A stretch of 61,533 nt of DNA from IMG/VR virus record IMGVR_UViG_3300045988_054859; one strand, 5' to 3'. Origin of the DNA: a virus. The notes under the pieces were generated by a model. That model searched no databases and was not told where the DNA came from. It was given only the letters and a program-made list of their open reading frames with translations. The position numbers were made by a program, and so were the translations under genes. Positions 13,189-22,191 of this stretch are shown here, piece by piece (position 1 is the stretch's first letter; each line of letters opens with the position of its first letter).

Positions 13189-14418
13189 TCAGGCCCACGG
13201 CATGATCTCCGCGGGCCGCGTGTTCTGCGATACAGAGAGGGACAGGGCTTTGTGCTGCTTCTTGTAGATGCAGCGGCATTGCCTCGCCCGCCGTCTGTCA
13301 CGCGCGAGTTTGTTCGAGTTGATTTTTCGATGGATAGGGATTTTACAGTCAAGCAATTTTTCGAGCCGGTCAGCGTACTTGCGGCGTAAAGAGTAAGTAT
13401 CACCATGGGCGGCATGGGCATCCCACGCATCAAAGCTCCGCAGGATTTCCTGCTTGGTCACTTCGCCTGCGGGGTATGCCGTCTCCCAATATCTGATCTT
13501 GTTCTTCATCCGCTTGGAGCTATCCCGGCGCAGCTTTTGGATGACCGCGCCGGTGTCGGTCAGGTAGCTATGGAATCCCAGAAAATCAATACCGTTCCGC
13601 AGCGGGAAAATGGCGGTTTTCTGGTTCAGCTCAAGGCCGTAACTGTCCATGAGCGCCCGAACATCCCGGAGAATGCACTGCAATTTCTTCTTGTCCGAAC
13701 AGATGATGTAGAAATCATCCATGTATCGGCCATAGTATTTGATGCGGTACTTTTCTTTGATGATGTGGTCGAACTCGTCCAAAAACATGAGGGCGAAAAG
13801 CTGGCTCGTCTGGTAGCCCAGCGGCAAGCCGTCCTCCATCACGTCGATGTAGATGCAAAGCAGCTCATAGACACGCGGGTCAACGCCGCGCTTGTCCAGC
13901 ACGGCTTTGAGCTTGCGTTTTAGCTTCCGGTGGTCGATGCTGGCGAAGAAATGCCGCACGTCGCCTTTCAGCACCCAGCCGTCCGCGCCGTGGCCCTCAC
14001 GGCGGTAATAGTCCACCATGTGGGTTTTCAGGCGCATCAGGCCGTCGTCTGTGCCTTTTCCGGTCTGGCTGGCGTGGCTGTCCCGGATAAAGCTCTTTGT
14101 CAGGGCATCATACAGGATGTTATCGACCAGAGCGTGCAGCACCACCTTGTCCACAAATGCGGGGGCGTGTACCATGCGGCGCTTCGGCTCGTAGACGGAA
14201 AAGACCTCAAACTTACTTGGCACATAGCGTATCTGCTGCCGAATGCTCCCGTCTGGCTGCCGCACATTGCAGACAGCCAGCTTACGGGAGAGCTTTTCCG
14301 TGCAGGCCAGCGCCTGCGCCTCGTACTCGATTGTTTTGCTTTTACTGCGCTTTCCCTTCCGGGCTTCAAGGTAGGCTTTGTAAAGTACCTCAAAGCTGCA
14401 CAGTTCTTCGTATGCCAA
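13189..14418 (-). CDS. DGR-type reverse transcriptase (409 aa)
   Basis: Contains the RT motifs PKRRMVHAPAFVDKVVLHAL, IRDSHASQTGKGT, VLKGDVRHFFASIDH, GLPLGYQTSQLFALMFL and YGRYMDDFYII. Adjacent to the TR. Confidence 0.9.
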   Translation of the reverse strand: MAYEELCSFEVLYKAYLEARKGKRSKSKTIEYEAQALACTEKLSRKLAVCNVRQPDGSIRQQIRYVPSKFEVFSVYEPKRRMVHAPAFVDKVVLHALVDNILYDALTKSFIRDSHASQTGKGTDDGLMRLKTHMVDYYRREGHGADGWVLKGDVRHFFASIDHRKLKRKLKAVLDKRGVDPRVYELLCIYIDVMEDGLPLGYQTSQLFALMFLDEFDHIIKEKYRIKYYGRYMDDFYIICSDKKKLQCILRDVRALMDSYGLELNQKTAIFPLRNGIDFLGFHSYLTDTGAVIQKLRRDSSKRMKNKIRYWETAYPAGEVTKQEILRSFDAWDAHAAHGDTYSLRRKYADRLEKLLDCKIPIHRKINSNKLARDRRRARQCRCIYKKQHKALSLSVSQNTRPAEIMPWA

Positions 14419-14589
14419 AATGACCCTCCGCTGGTTCGCGTTACGGTAGTGGGCTGCATCCGGCAGGGATGGCCCACCTCAGCGGGATGTATTTATCACT
14501 TGCCTGCATCGGCAAGCGACAGGATGTGGTTTCCTTTGATGGGCGCACTGCTTTCAGCTTATGCCTACTCGTCACACGGTTCCATCAGA

Positions 14590-14709
14590 GCGGGGCGAAC
14601 ACCATAGGAGTTGTTGTACCAGTTGTTGTTGTTGGAGCCATCGGTGTTGACGTTCCAGACGTTGTTGTTATTGTTGGTGTTCGGAGAGCGCAGCCACCAA
14701 ATGGCAGCG
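14590..14709 (-). repeat. DGR template repeat (TR)
   Basis: Non-coding and AAC-rich. In the VR frame it translates as AAIWWLRSPNTNNNNNVWNVNTDGSNNNNWYNNSYGVRP. It lies 50 nt after the Avd-like gene and 170 nt before the RT. Confidence 0.9.
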
Positions 14710-14759
14710 TCAGACAAACAAACCGCACCCTTTATGCAAAGCGGTTGCCCGCTGTGCGT

Positions 14760-15335
14760 TTACGGTTCCGGGTAAAGGACGGCTTTCAGGGCGGCAGCCT
14801 GTTCGGTCAGCCGTTTCCGTTCCGCTTCTGCCCGGAGTTTTTCGGCACGTCCGCGTTCCGACGTGAGCCACTTCATCGCCGGGTATTTTACGTCCGTGAC
14901 CTTCTTTGTCCAGATACCGGCTTTCTTCGCACTGATGATACCTTCCTCCGTGCAGATGGTCAGGTATTCCAGCAGCAGAGAGCAGCCGTCCACAACTGCG
15001 CCGATCTTCTCAACGCGCTTGTCGTAGTCGGTCTGGAAATTGACGTTGTTCGCCGCGTGTGCATCCAGCAGGATTTGCCGGGCAGTCAGCCGGATGCCCT
15101 CACCGTACAGACGGAAAGTGCTTTTGGAAAAGCCCTCCCTGTCCCGTGTGTCGAGTGCATGGACGGCAGTGCCACACACCTTCTGGATGTCGCGCACATC
15201 TTCGAGCGCCGCGACTTTCTGGATGATCTTCCGGGCATCGCTCCGGCTGATGTCATCGGTGACGATGCGGGTTGCCCTCTGAGTGTAGCGCAACAGCTCC
15301 CGCGCATTCGCGCCGACCTTGAATGTTTCAGCCAT
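14760..15335 (-). CDS. avd: Avd-like accessory protein candidate (191 aa, basic, helical)
   Basis: Positioned directly upstream of TR, as in avd-TR-RT cassettes. Helical and basic sequence with a C-terminal coiled coil. Longer than classical Avd proteins. Start is coupled (TGATG) to the upstream gene. Confidence 0.45.
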   Translation of the reverse strand: MAETFKVGANARELLRYTQRATRIVTDDISRSDARKIIQKVAALEDVRDIQKVCGTAVHALDTRDREGFSKSTFRLYGEGIRLTARQILLDAHAANNVNFQTDYDKRVEKIGAVVDGCSLLLEYLTICTEEGIISAKKAGIWTKKVTDVKYPAMKWLTSERGRAEKLRAEAERKRLTEQAAALKAVLYPEP

Positions 15336-15721
15336 CAGAACTCCACCCTCGCCTGTTCTGCGTTCCACACGCCGGTGACGGTCAGGCCGTCAAGGCTGCT
15401 GAACGTGGCGGAAAAAGGATTTTTCGTCACGTTTGTGCCGAACTTCAGCTCAATGGCCTTGATGCTGGCGTTCATAGCTGCCACACTGGCACGGATGTCG
15501 CTGTGGGTGTTCTCCGCACCGTTGTGGTTGTCAACGGCCGCGCTGATGCGCTGGTCGGTTTCAGCCTTGGTGTATGCGTCCACCGCCGGACGCTGCGATT
15601 CGGTCAAATGGCCGTCAGCATCCAGCGTGGCAATGCCGCCCGGCACGCCGATCTGGTTAGTGCGGACAACATCTTCATCCGGCGCCTTGCCGGGGCCTGC
15701 GTTAAAAGAACCGTATGCCAT
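15335..15721 (-). CDS. Tail-fibre-like protein (128 aa)
   Basis: Contains GVPGGIATLDADGHL, a motif common near phage fibre N-termini. Confidence 0.45.
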   Translation of the reverse strand: MAYGSFNAGPGKAPDEDVVRTNQIGVPGGIATLDADGHLTESQRPAVDAYTKAETDQRISAAVDNHNGAENTHSDIRASVAAMNASIKAIELKFGTNVTKNPFSATFSSLDGLTVTGVWNAEQARVEF

Positions 15722-16171
15722 TTAGGTTCCCCCTTCCTGTGCAGCCGTGTATTTCACGGTGCTTGTAATGTGATACTGTGCAGAAATTTTCTCGGTCGGA
15801 GCTTTGGCGGCCCTCAGCCGCAGCTTTCCTTCGAGGCTTTCGGTCGCAATAAAACCCACCGCACCCGCCACATCGTAAAATTCCGGCAGTACCGTAACAT
15901 CCACAATGTCGGTAGCCAACAGGCCCGCAATGGGGATGTCACAATAAAAATAGCCGGGGGAGGAATCATCCTCGCCCCAGCCATCGACCGGAATCGTAAA
16001 AGACACCGCAGCCGTGACATCCTGCTTTTCGTGCAGGATGTCATCGGTTTCCTCGAATCCGTTTGCCGTTGCTTCGGAAAGGTCTCCGAGTGCGGTGTTG
16101 CACTGCTTGATGTGGCTGCAAAGCGCGGCAAGCCCTGTGCCCAAAAGCGTTTTGACCTTCGCTTTTGCCAT
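15722..16171 (-). CDS. Hypothetical tail-associated protein (149 aa)
   Basis: Lies within the fibre module. No recognisable motif. Confidence 0.5.
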   Translation of the reverse strand: MAKAKVKTLLGTGLAALCSHIKQCNTALGDLSEATANGFEETDDILHEKQDVTAAVSFTIPVDGWGEDDSSPGYFYCDIPIAGLLATDIVDVTVLPEFYDVAGAVGFIATESLEGKLRLRAAKAPTEKISAQYHITSTVKYTAAQEGGT

Positions 16172-16191
16172 AGAGCTTACCTCCTCATGTC

Positions 16192-17067
16192 TTAGTCAGC
16201 GTCAGCCAGCAGAGCGGCGATCTCCTCTGCGGAGAAGTCCTCCACGTCCTCGTCGTGCAGAACATTCTCCGGCTCGGTGTACACGACGACTTCCTTGCCG
16301 TCGATGTTCACATTGCCGTTGGTGGAGCTGGCGGCAGTCTTGGTTGCGCCCTCAGAGACACCGGCCAGCTTTTCGCCCTCGGCATCGCTCATCAGGCGCT
16401 TGCCAGCCTCGGCGCCCACGAAGTCCGCAGGCTTCTTGCCGCTGTCGGTCAGATTGCCCTCGCCATCCAGCGCAGCAAAGTTGCCGGTGGTGGCACCGGT
16501 GGCCTTATCGGCCTTGCCGGAGATGTCCACTTCCTCAGGGGTGGGAACATACAGACCATCGTCCTTCAGAACCAGGGCGTTGCCGGCAGCAGCGGAAACA
16601 TTGACCTTGACATCCACCTCATAACCAGCGATGGTAACGGTGGTGGATGCGTCCTTGCCAGTGACCTTGGCCTTATAGGTATCGACCAGAGCGGCCATGC
16701 TCAAGAAGGAGTAGGTGCAGGAGTCCGGGTTCTCGCCCTTGACGGCCAGCACCATGACAGGCTTGCCGTCCAGCTTGGGGTCGGTAGCGCCGGGGTAGGT
16801 CGCAGCATCGAACTTGAACTTGGCCACGAAGGTGGTCTTGGTCTGGTCGAGGAACAGCTCAGAGGGGAAGTCAACGGAGAAAGCAGCAGTGCCGCTCTTG
16901 TCGGTAGAGGTGTAGAAGTTCACGGTATTGCCGTCAACGCCAAGAGACTTGATAGCAGCGTTAGCTGCGGCCTGCACAGGGGTAAAGGCGCCCTTCTTAA
17001 CGAAGGTCTTCTTGATCTCGGCGGTCAGGTTGCGGATGGTGGTCTTGGTAGAAATCTGCTTAGACAT
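16192..17067 (-). CDS. Hypothetical tail-fibre-module protein (291 aa)
   Basis: Beta-rich and Thr/Ala/Gly-rich. Located in the fibre module. Confidence 0.5.
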   Translation of the reverse strand: MSKQISTKTTIRNLTAEIKKTFVKKGAFTPVQAAANAAIKSLGVDGNTVNFYTSTDKSGTAAFSVDFPSELFLDQTKTTFVAKFKFDAATYPGATDPKLDGKPVMVLAVKGENPDSCTYSFLSMAALVDTYKAKVTGKDASTTVTIAGYEVDVKVNVSAAAGNALVLKDDGLYVPTPEEVDISGKADKATGATTGNFAALDGEGNLTDSGKKPADFVGAEAGKRLMSDAEGEKLAGVSEGATKTAASSTNGNVNIDGKEVVVYTEPENVLHDEDVEDFSAEEIAALLADAD

Positions 17068-17085
17068 AGTAGTGTCCTCCTAAAA

Positions 17086-18213
17086 TTATTTCAGCATATC
17101 AACGATTTCCTGCTGCGTTTCTTCCTCGTTCAGCAGGTCTTCACTCGTCATAACGGTTTCTTTGCGGACAGTCAGCGCGTTTGCGCTGTCGAAGTCAAGG
17201 CCTTCGCCGATGCGGACGGCAATAGCGCCGCTTGCGTCGCGCTTCAAGCCCTGACCGATGCTTACGCTGCCGGTTTCACCCGAACCACCTCCTTTCCCGA
17301 ACAGGGTTACGGTCGCCTGAATATCTGCTTCCGGGATGCGCTGAGCGAAAAATCTGATGAAACCATCATGCGTTTCGCACCCGTTCAGGACGCCCGCTTT
17401 GGTCGTAGTATAGAAGCTGCCAGGAGATACAACGCCAACGGGTACAAGCTCGCTGGTGCTGTCCGACAGTTCTGCGTCATAAATGCACTGGTAGTAATCC
17501 ATACCGCCAGCGTTTTCGTAATCATCCTCGCTGCGGGCGGGCTTCCACCCGTCAGCTGCAAGGGTGAGTTTGTAGGAGCCATAGTAGCCGCCGCCTGTGC
17601 CGCCGTCCACCTGCTCCTTGATAAGAGCCTTTACCTGTTCTTCGTTCAGGATTTCCCCGGATTCAGACAGGTTCTTCACGGCTGCGCTGACCGCTGCCGT
17701 GATGGTCGCTGCATGGGCATCAGCGGCGGCGTTGTGCTTCTCAATTTCGGCCTTGACCAGCTTCATCAAAGCCTGCATCTGCGGGCTGAGGGCAATTTCG
17801 ATTTTTGCTTTGTTCGAGATTGCAATAAGGGCAGCAATCTCAATTTCAAAATCAGCGTTCACGCTGGATGCAGGGACTTCGATTCCACGTTCATCCTGCA
17901 TGATGAACAGCAGCACTTCGGCATCATCATTCAGGCGGCCATATACGCCGATCTGGTGCATGATGTAAGTGCTTTCTGCTCCGGTAATCTGGATGCTGAC
18001 TTTCCGGGCCGTTTCCTCTCCGTCCTTTACGGTGTCAATCGCAAGGATGGTCAGTTCGTGCGTTTCGCCGCTGACGGTCGTTTCTGCCGACAAGTCGGTT
18101 TCAACGATGCCGGTGCCGCTCACGGCACGGGTGATGGTGAGCGCGCCGCCGGAGAGGGATTCCGACAGGAGCGCGGCACCGGCAGTTGTATAACTGGATT
18201 TTTCCCAGCTCAT
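17086..18213 (-). CDS. Tail fibre protein (375 aa)
   Basis: The N-terminus YTTAGAALLSESLSGGALTITRAVSGTG resembles the tail-collar fibre N-domain. Follows the baseplate genes. Confidence 0.55.
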   Translation of the reverse strand: MSWEKSSYTTAGAALLSESLSGGALTITRAVSGTGIVETDLSAETTVSGETHELTILAIDTVKDGEETARKVSIQITGAESTYIMHQIGVYGRLNDDAEVLLFIMQDERGIEVPASSVNADFEIEIAALIAISNKAKIEIALSPQMQALMKLVKAEIEKHNAAADAHAATITAAVSAAVKNLSESGEILNEEQVKALIKEQVDGGTGGGYYGSYKLTLAADGWKPARSEDDYENAGGMDYYQCIYDAELSDSTSELVPVGVVSPGSFYTTTKAGVLNGCETHDGFIRFFAQRIPEADIQATVTLFGKGGGSGETGSVSIGQGLKRDASGAIAVRIGEGLDFDSANALTVRKETVMTSEDLLNEEETQQEIVDMLK

Positions 18214-18968
18214 GTTGTCTGTCCTCCAATCTTGATGGTTACGGTTTCGTGCGTGTGCGCAAGCCCGCCGGTGGCGTATGCCTGCGCGGTGATGTTTTTC
18301 GGGTGGATGGCTCCGGGCAGTTCAACGGTCGTCTGCATCCGCGCTGCGCTCATAGCACCGGCAACATAGCCACGAGCCGTGACGGCGCGGGGTTTGATGC
18401 TTCCGGGCAGCCGAACGGTGCAAAAGGCAGCCATTCCGCAGGGTGCGGCGGCGACGTAGGCTGGCTGTAAATCCGGAATATATGCAAGAACAAGCGAAAG
18501 CGAAAGATGAGCCGGAATCTTGCGCTTCAAGCATTCCATGACGTCGCTCGATAAGAATGTGGAGTTATCATTTGGGAAGAGCTTCACATAAATTCTGCTA
18601 TTTTTGAATTCAACAGAGGACGAGGCTCCGGTATATCCAAAAACAATATCTTTTATCTCCTGAGAGCCGATGTGGTTGCCGCCGATGAAGTACAAGGCGA
18701 CGAGCTTGCGCCGCGCCTCGAGGGTGCGCTTCTGGTTCAGAGGGATACCGAGGAAGGTTTCCATCTGCGCCAGCGTATCCGTGTCCATCAGGGATACGAA
18801 GTTGTTGTTGACAACAGCGTCCACGCCGTCCTCGATTTCGTCCAGCCCGCCTCCGGCTGCGCGCCAGATAGCGTCCATTTCGAAAACATCCCGGTAGAAC
18901 ACCGGGTAGAATGTTTTCAGCTCCTCGTATGCGCTGGGGAATCCGTTAGGATACAGGGTTGGTTTCAC
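18210..18968 (-). CDS. Baseplate/tail protein, XkdU/DUF2313-like (252 aa)
   Basis: Positioned after the baseplate J gene. The pattern FYPVFYRD...LAQMETFLGIP...RRKLVA fits this family. Confidence 0.5.
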   Translation of the reverse strand: MKPTLYPNGFPSAYEELKTFYPVFYRDVFEMDAIWRAAGGGLDEIEDGVDAVVNNNFVSLMDTDTLAQMETFLGIPLNQKRTLEARRKLVALYFIGGNHIGSQEIKDIVFGYTGASSSVEFKNSRIYVKLFPNDNSTFLSSDVMECLKRKIPAHLSLSLVLAYIPDLQPAYVAAAPCGMAAFCTVRLPGSIKPRAVTARGYVAGAMSAARMQTTVELPGAIHPKNITAQAYATGGLAHTHETVTIKIGGQTT

Positions 18969-20025
18969 TTACTGTCACCTCCCCCAAAACAAATACCTCC
19001 TCTTTTCCGGCCTCGACGTTTGCCGTCTGGCCGTTGAAACGGAGGTTTGCGTAGTCCAGCACTCCCAAGAGGCTGTAAATCGTGTTGCCGACCGTGCTGA
19101 TGCGCAGGGTGGGCGTTTCGCTGTCGTCCGTGGTGAGGTTGATGCTCTTGATTTGAGCTTTGAGGGCCGTCTGCGCTGCGCTCCTGACGCTGGCGAGGTC
19201 TCCTCCCTTTGCAAGCGTCACGGAGAAAGAGATGTTGACCCTTTTCGCCGTGGCGGATGTCGCGGTGAAGTGCGCGCCGATGTTGGCCCGTCCCTCGCCA
19301 AGGCCGGTCCCGCCCGGGTCGATGTACTCCTGTACGCGCTGCACAACAGCCTCAGACGCCGGGCCGCCCTCCGTGCCAATGAGAACGCCTTTGACCGTGT
19401 TCTCTCCCGCCCAAAGGGGAACAATGCGCGCACGGCCGACGCCGGAGATGCTCTCGCACCACGTTTTGTAATGCTGCTGGTTTCCATTTTCTGCCGGTCC
19501 AGCGATTTTCTCCTGTACACGCTTTCGGAGGCTCTCGTCGTCCTCGTCGTCTGCGCCCGGTTCGAGCTCCTCGACGATGGAGCAGGCCGTGAGGCTCCGC
19601 TGCGTGTCGGTCGGCACAACAGAGGTTCCGGCCGGAATGTCGTTCGCCTCCGTTCCGGCTTTCTCCGCCTCGATGTAGATGCCGAGGGCGTCATCCTGCG
19701 CCAGCACAAAATACTGGCCGCTGCAGAAGAAGCGCGTCCCGAGCTCCGGGAGTTCCCCGTCGTACTTGATGCGGTACTTTGCCGTCGCGGCTGCCTGCCG
19801 GTAAACGGCGTATTCCTCCGCCTTGAGCGTCAGGTAATCGCCGGTCGCCGTCACCAGAAACACCATCTCGAACACCTGTTCGAGGTCTGCATAGTATTTG
19901 GCGATTTTGAAAGCGATGCCTGCGACAGCATCGTAGAAGATGCTGCCCTGCCGGAGGTCGATTCCGTCCGGCGCGCGGCTCAAAATCTCCTCCAAAACCT
20001 TGTCGTAGGTCTGGGCTTCAAACAC
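18946..20025 (-). CDS. Baseplate J-like protein (XkdT-like, 359 aa)
   Basis: Begins MFEAQTYDKVLEEILSRAPDGIDLRQGSIFYDAV...YLTLKAEEYAV, typical of the Baseplate_J family. Synteny agrees. Confidence 0.7.
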   Translation of the reverse strand: MFEAQTYDKVLEEILSRAPDGIDLRQGSIFYDAVAGIAFKIAKYYADLEQVFEMVFLVTATGDYLTLKAEEYAVYRQAAATAKYRIKYDGELPELGTRFFCSGQYFVLAQDDALGIYIEAEKAGTEANDIPAGTSVVPTDTQRSLTACSIVEELEPGADDEDDESLRKRVQEKIAGPAENGNQQHYKTWCESISGVGRARIVPLWAGENTVKGVLIGTEGGPASEAVVQRVQEYIDPGGTGLGEGRANIGAHFTATSATAKRVNISFSVTLAKGGDLASVRSAAQTALKAQIKSINLTTDDSETPTLRISTVGNTIYSLLGVLDYANLRFNGQTANVEAGKEEVFVLGEVTVSETNPVS

Positions 20026-20026
20026 T

Positions 20027-20434
20027 CTATATCACCTCCTCGACCTCTGTGGTCCCGTAAATAGTGTCCGCCGTGAAGTGGACGTTGCAGGAATCCTCGT
20101 TGAACTCAAACTCAAAGTCATAGACTTTAAGAATCCGGCCGTCGCAGAGGAGTGCATCCTCCACAAGTCTCGGGATTTCCGCCCTGATGAGCTCCTCTGT
20201 CGCGTTCTCGTCCGTGACAGTGTCCTTGATTTCGCTGCCGTACTGGTTGTCGTAGACGAGGCAGTGGAAACGCGGAGTGAGGAGTGCTTTCAAAATAAAC
20301 TGGTTGACGGCTTCGAGGCCGTCAACCTTTCCGACGATGCGCCCGGTATCGAGGTCGAGCTTGTAGGTGAGCGACGGCTGCTCTTTCTCCTCCTCGATGC
20401 CGGAAATGGGAATGGGAACAAATACTCTGCTCAT
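20027..20434 (-). CDS. Baseplate wedge protein, gp25/XkdS-like (135 aa)
   Basis: Size, synteny and the pattern LTYKLDLDTGRI...EAVNQFILKALLTPR support the call. Confidence 0.5.
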   Translation of the reverse strand: MSRVFVPIPISGIEEEKEQPSLTYKLDLDTGRIVGKVDGLEAVNQFILKALLTPRFHCLVYDNQYGSEIKDTVTDENATEELIRAEIPRLVEDALLCDGRILKVYDFEFEFNEDSCNVHFTADTIYGTTEVEEVI

Positions 20435-20949
20435 ACGATAGCCCTCTCAAGAGCGTAGTAGCTCTTACCGTCGTTGAAGCGGAGAAGGTAGACAGATTCG
20501 CCCGTCTTGAGCGCATTGTAAACGGTCAGCAGACCGCTCTCGATGGAAAAGGTTTTCAGCGAGTGGATGTGCGCGCTCTCCTTGCTGCTCTCGACCTTGT
20601 GATAGTCTCCCACGGGCTTGTCCTTATCGCCCTCAAACGGGCAGCCGACGAGGCCGGTCACTCCTCCGCCTCTGGAATCGAGCAACTGGAACTTGTGGCC
20701 GTGCGCGCCTCCCACATGGGTGTTGCTGTCGATTTTGCCGTCCGCGAGGGCGATGTCTACTTTCACTTGATAGTCGGTCAGGTTCCGGGGGACGAGGAGC
20801 GCGCTGCCAGAGATTTCGAGCTTTTCGTCGTTCTCTATCTGGATGGTGAGCGGGCTCTCTTTCGTGACTGTGCCGACAACGATGCCGCCGTTTTTGGGTA
20901 GCATAGATAGAAAGAGCTGCTTTAGGCTCGTTGCATCTTCTGGGTTCAT
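20431..20949 (-). CDS. Baseplate protein, XkdR/DUF2577-like (172 aa)
   Basis: Call rests on synteny between the XkdQ-like and XkdS-like genes. Confidence 0.4.
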   Translation of the reverse strand: MNPEDATSLKQLFLSMLPKNGGIVVGTVTKESPLTIQIENDEKLEISGSALLVPRNLTDYQVKVDIALADGKIDSNTHVGGAHGHKFQLLDSRGGGVTGLVGCPFEGDKDKPVGDYHKVESSKESAHIHSLKTFSIESGLLTVYNALKTGESVYLLRFNDGKSYYALERAIV

Positions 20950-20961
20950 GTGCAGCTCCTC

Positions 20962-22182
20962 CTATCCGATTTGGCTGGCGTCCACCCATCCATAGACTGT
21001 GCTCTGCTTGTCCGTGTGGATGATGTGGTACGGGTGTTTTGCGTTCTTGCTCTTGGCGATGGCAGTGATTTTCGCCGGTCCCGCTTTCGGGCTGTTGGTC
21101 GGAGACGTCGCGGTGGACGCAACGTACTGGGGACCGCCCGAAAATTGGACCTTATCGCCGACGGAGTGCGAGGTCGAACTCTTTTCATCGCTCGCCTTTG
21201 CGCTCCGCTCGGTGTCTGTTGCCATGTTCAAGGTAAGGCGCATCGCATGGTAGTTGCCCTTGAATGTGTGGGTATCCTCGTCTACATAGTAGCTGTTCGA
21301 GATGCCGAGCGGCCTGATGATGATGCACAGGCCGACGCCAGAAATGACGTTTGCCTGCCCGAGGCCCTCGATTGTCAGCGTTTTGCTGGGGAGCTTCTGC
21401 TCTGCGAGCATGGATTCAGCCATGTCCGTGAGGTTCGCCTCCTCGGTGTTGCTGTCGGGCGTGGAAATGTCCTGCATGATGCCGATGGTCTTTTCGAGCT
21501 CCGTGTCCGCCTTTTCGGCGAGCACTTTGTCCTCCTTAGACAGCAGCTTTATGCGGGTTTTCACCTTCTCGATGCTGCAAGTGTAGTCGTAGCTTATAAG
21601 GTTCCGGCCGGTTTCCACCACCCATTGCAGGATGCTGTCTTTCCGCTTTATCAGGCTCAGTTTTCCGTCGGCTGACGTCACATAATGCCTGATGCCGGTG
21701 GCCTTAAACGTGAGGCTCAAGGCGTCCAGAATAACATCGCAGGCTGTCGTTTTGGCCTTTGGTAGCTCCGAGATGACGTAGCCAGTGTCGGCCACGTCCT
21801 TGTACGGAATCTGGAATCGGTCACAGCAGTCCTTGAAGATTTCGGACGCCTTTTTCCGCTTGTAGCAAAAGCTGTCTTTGTTGTTCGACAGGTAGATACC
21901 CACGTCGTAGGCCTTGATGGTCATGGTCTTTTTCGTGCTCTGCCTCTGCTGCATGATGATGCCGCGAAACAGCTCTGCGCCCTCCCAATAAAAAACACAG
22001 TGGTTTCCCTTGGTGACATCAATGCCGGAACGGGCGTGTTTCCAGCCGTCATCGTCGATAAGCGATACGGAAAGAGTGCGCGCCGGGGAGCCCTTTCGGC
22101 CGCTCCATGTCGCGCTCTCCACCAGCTCGCTCATGTCGTAGGTGGTCTCGCCTTTTGTGACGAGGAATGTAATCTTGCTCAT
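20962..22182 (-). CDS. Baseplate hub / late-control-D-like protein (XkdQ-like, 406 aa)
   Basis: Synteny after the LysM protein. The N-terminus ITFLVTKGETTYDMSELVESATWSGRKGSPARTL fits this family. Confidence 0.6.
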   Translation of the reverse strand: MSKITFLVTKGETTYDMSELVESATWSGRKGSPARTLSVSLIDDDGWKHARSGIDVTKGNHCVFYWEGAELFRGIIMQQRQSTKKTMTIKAYDVGIYLSNNKDSFCYKRKKASEIFKDCCDRFQIPYKDVADTGYVISELPKAKTTACDVILDALSLTFKATGIRHYVTSADGKLSLIKRKDSILQWVVETGRNLISYDYTCSIEKVKTRIKLLSKEDKVLAEKADTELEKTIGIMQDISTPDSNTEEANLTDMAESMLAEQKLPSKTLTIEGLGQANVISGVGLCIIIRPLGISNSYYVDEDTHTFKGNYHAMRLTLNMATDTERSAKASDEKSSTSHSVGDKVQFSGGPQYVASTATSPTNSPKAGPAKITAIAKSKNAKHPYHIIHTDKQSTVYGWVDASQIG

Positions 22183-22191
22183 TGCCTCACC

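Noticed and set aside
13189-14418. The reverse transcriptase as a retron or group II intron RT.
   Set aside because: A TR/VR pair with exclusively A-specific mismatches lies next to it. No msr/msd-like inverted repeats, intron RNA domains or maturase/endonuclease extensions are visible. The motif set (GxxxSQ, SxxxxKG) is DGR-like.
16255-18369. Very long plus-strand ORFs antisense to the structural genes: 16255..18369 (704 aa), 22760..25558 (932 aa), 27488..29155 (555 aa), 31678..34053 (791 aa), 54832..57585 (917 aa), 9056..10351 (431 aa) and 11864..13267 (467 aa).
   Set aside because: They lie exactly opposite well-supported minus-strand genes. They have Gly/Arg/Val/Leu-rich low-complexity translations, no RBS, and no start/stop coupling. 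This is the typical stop-codon-poor antisense frame of GC-rich coding DNA.
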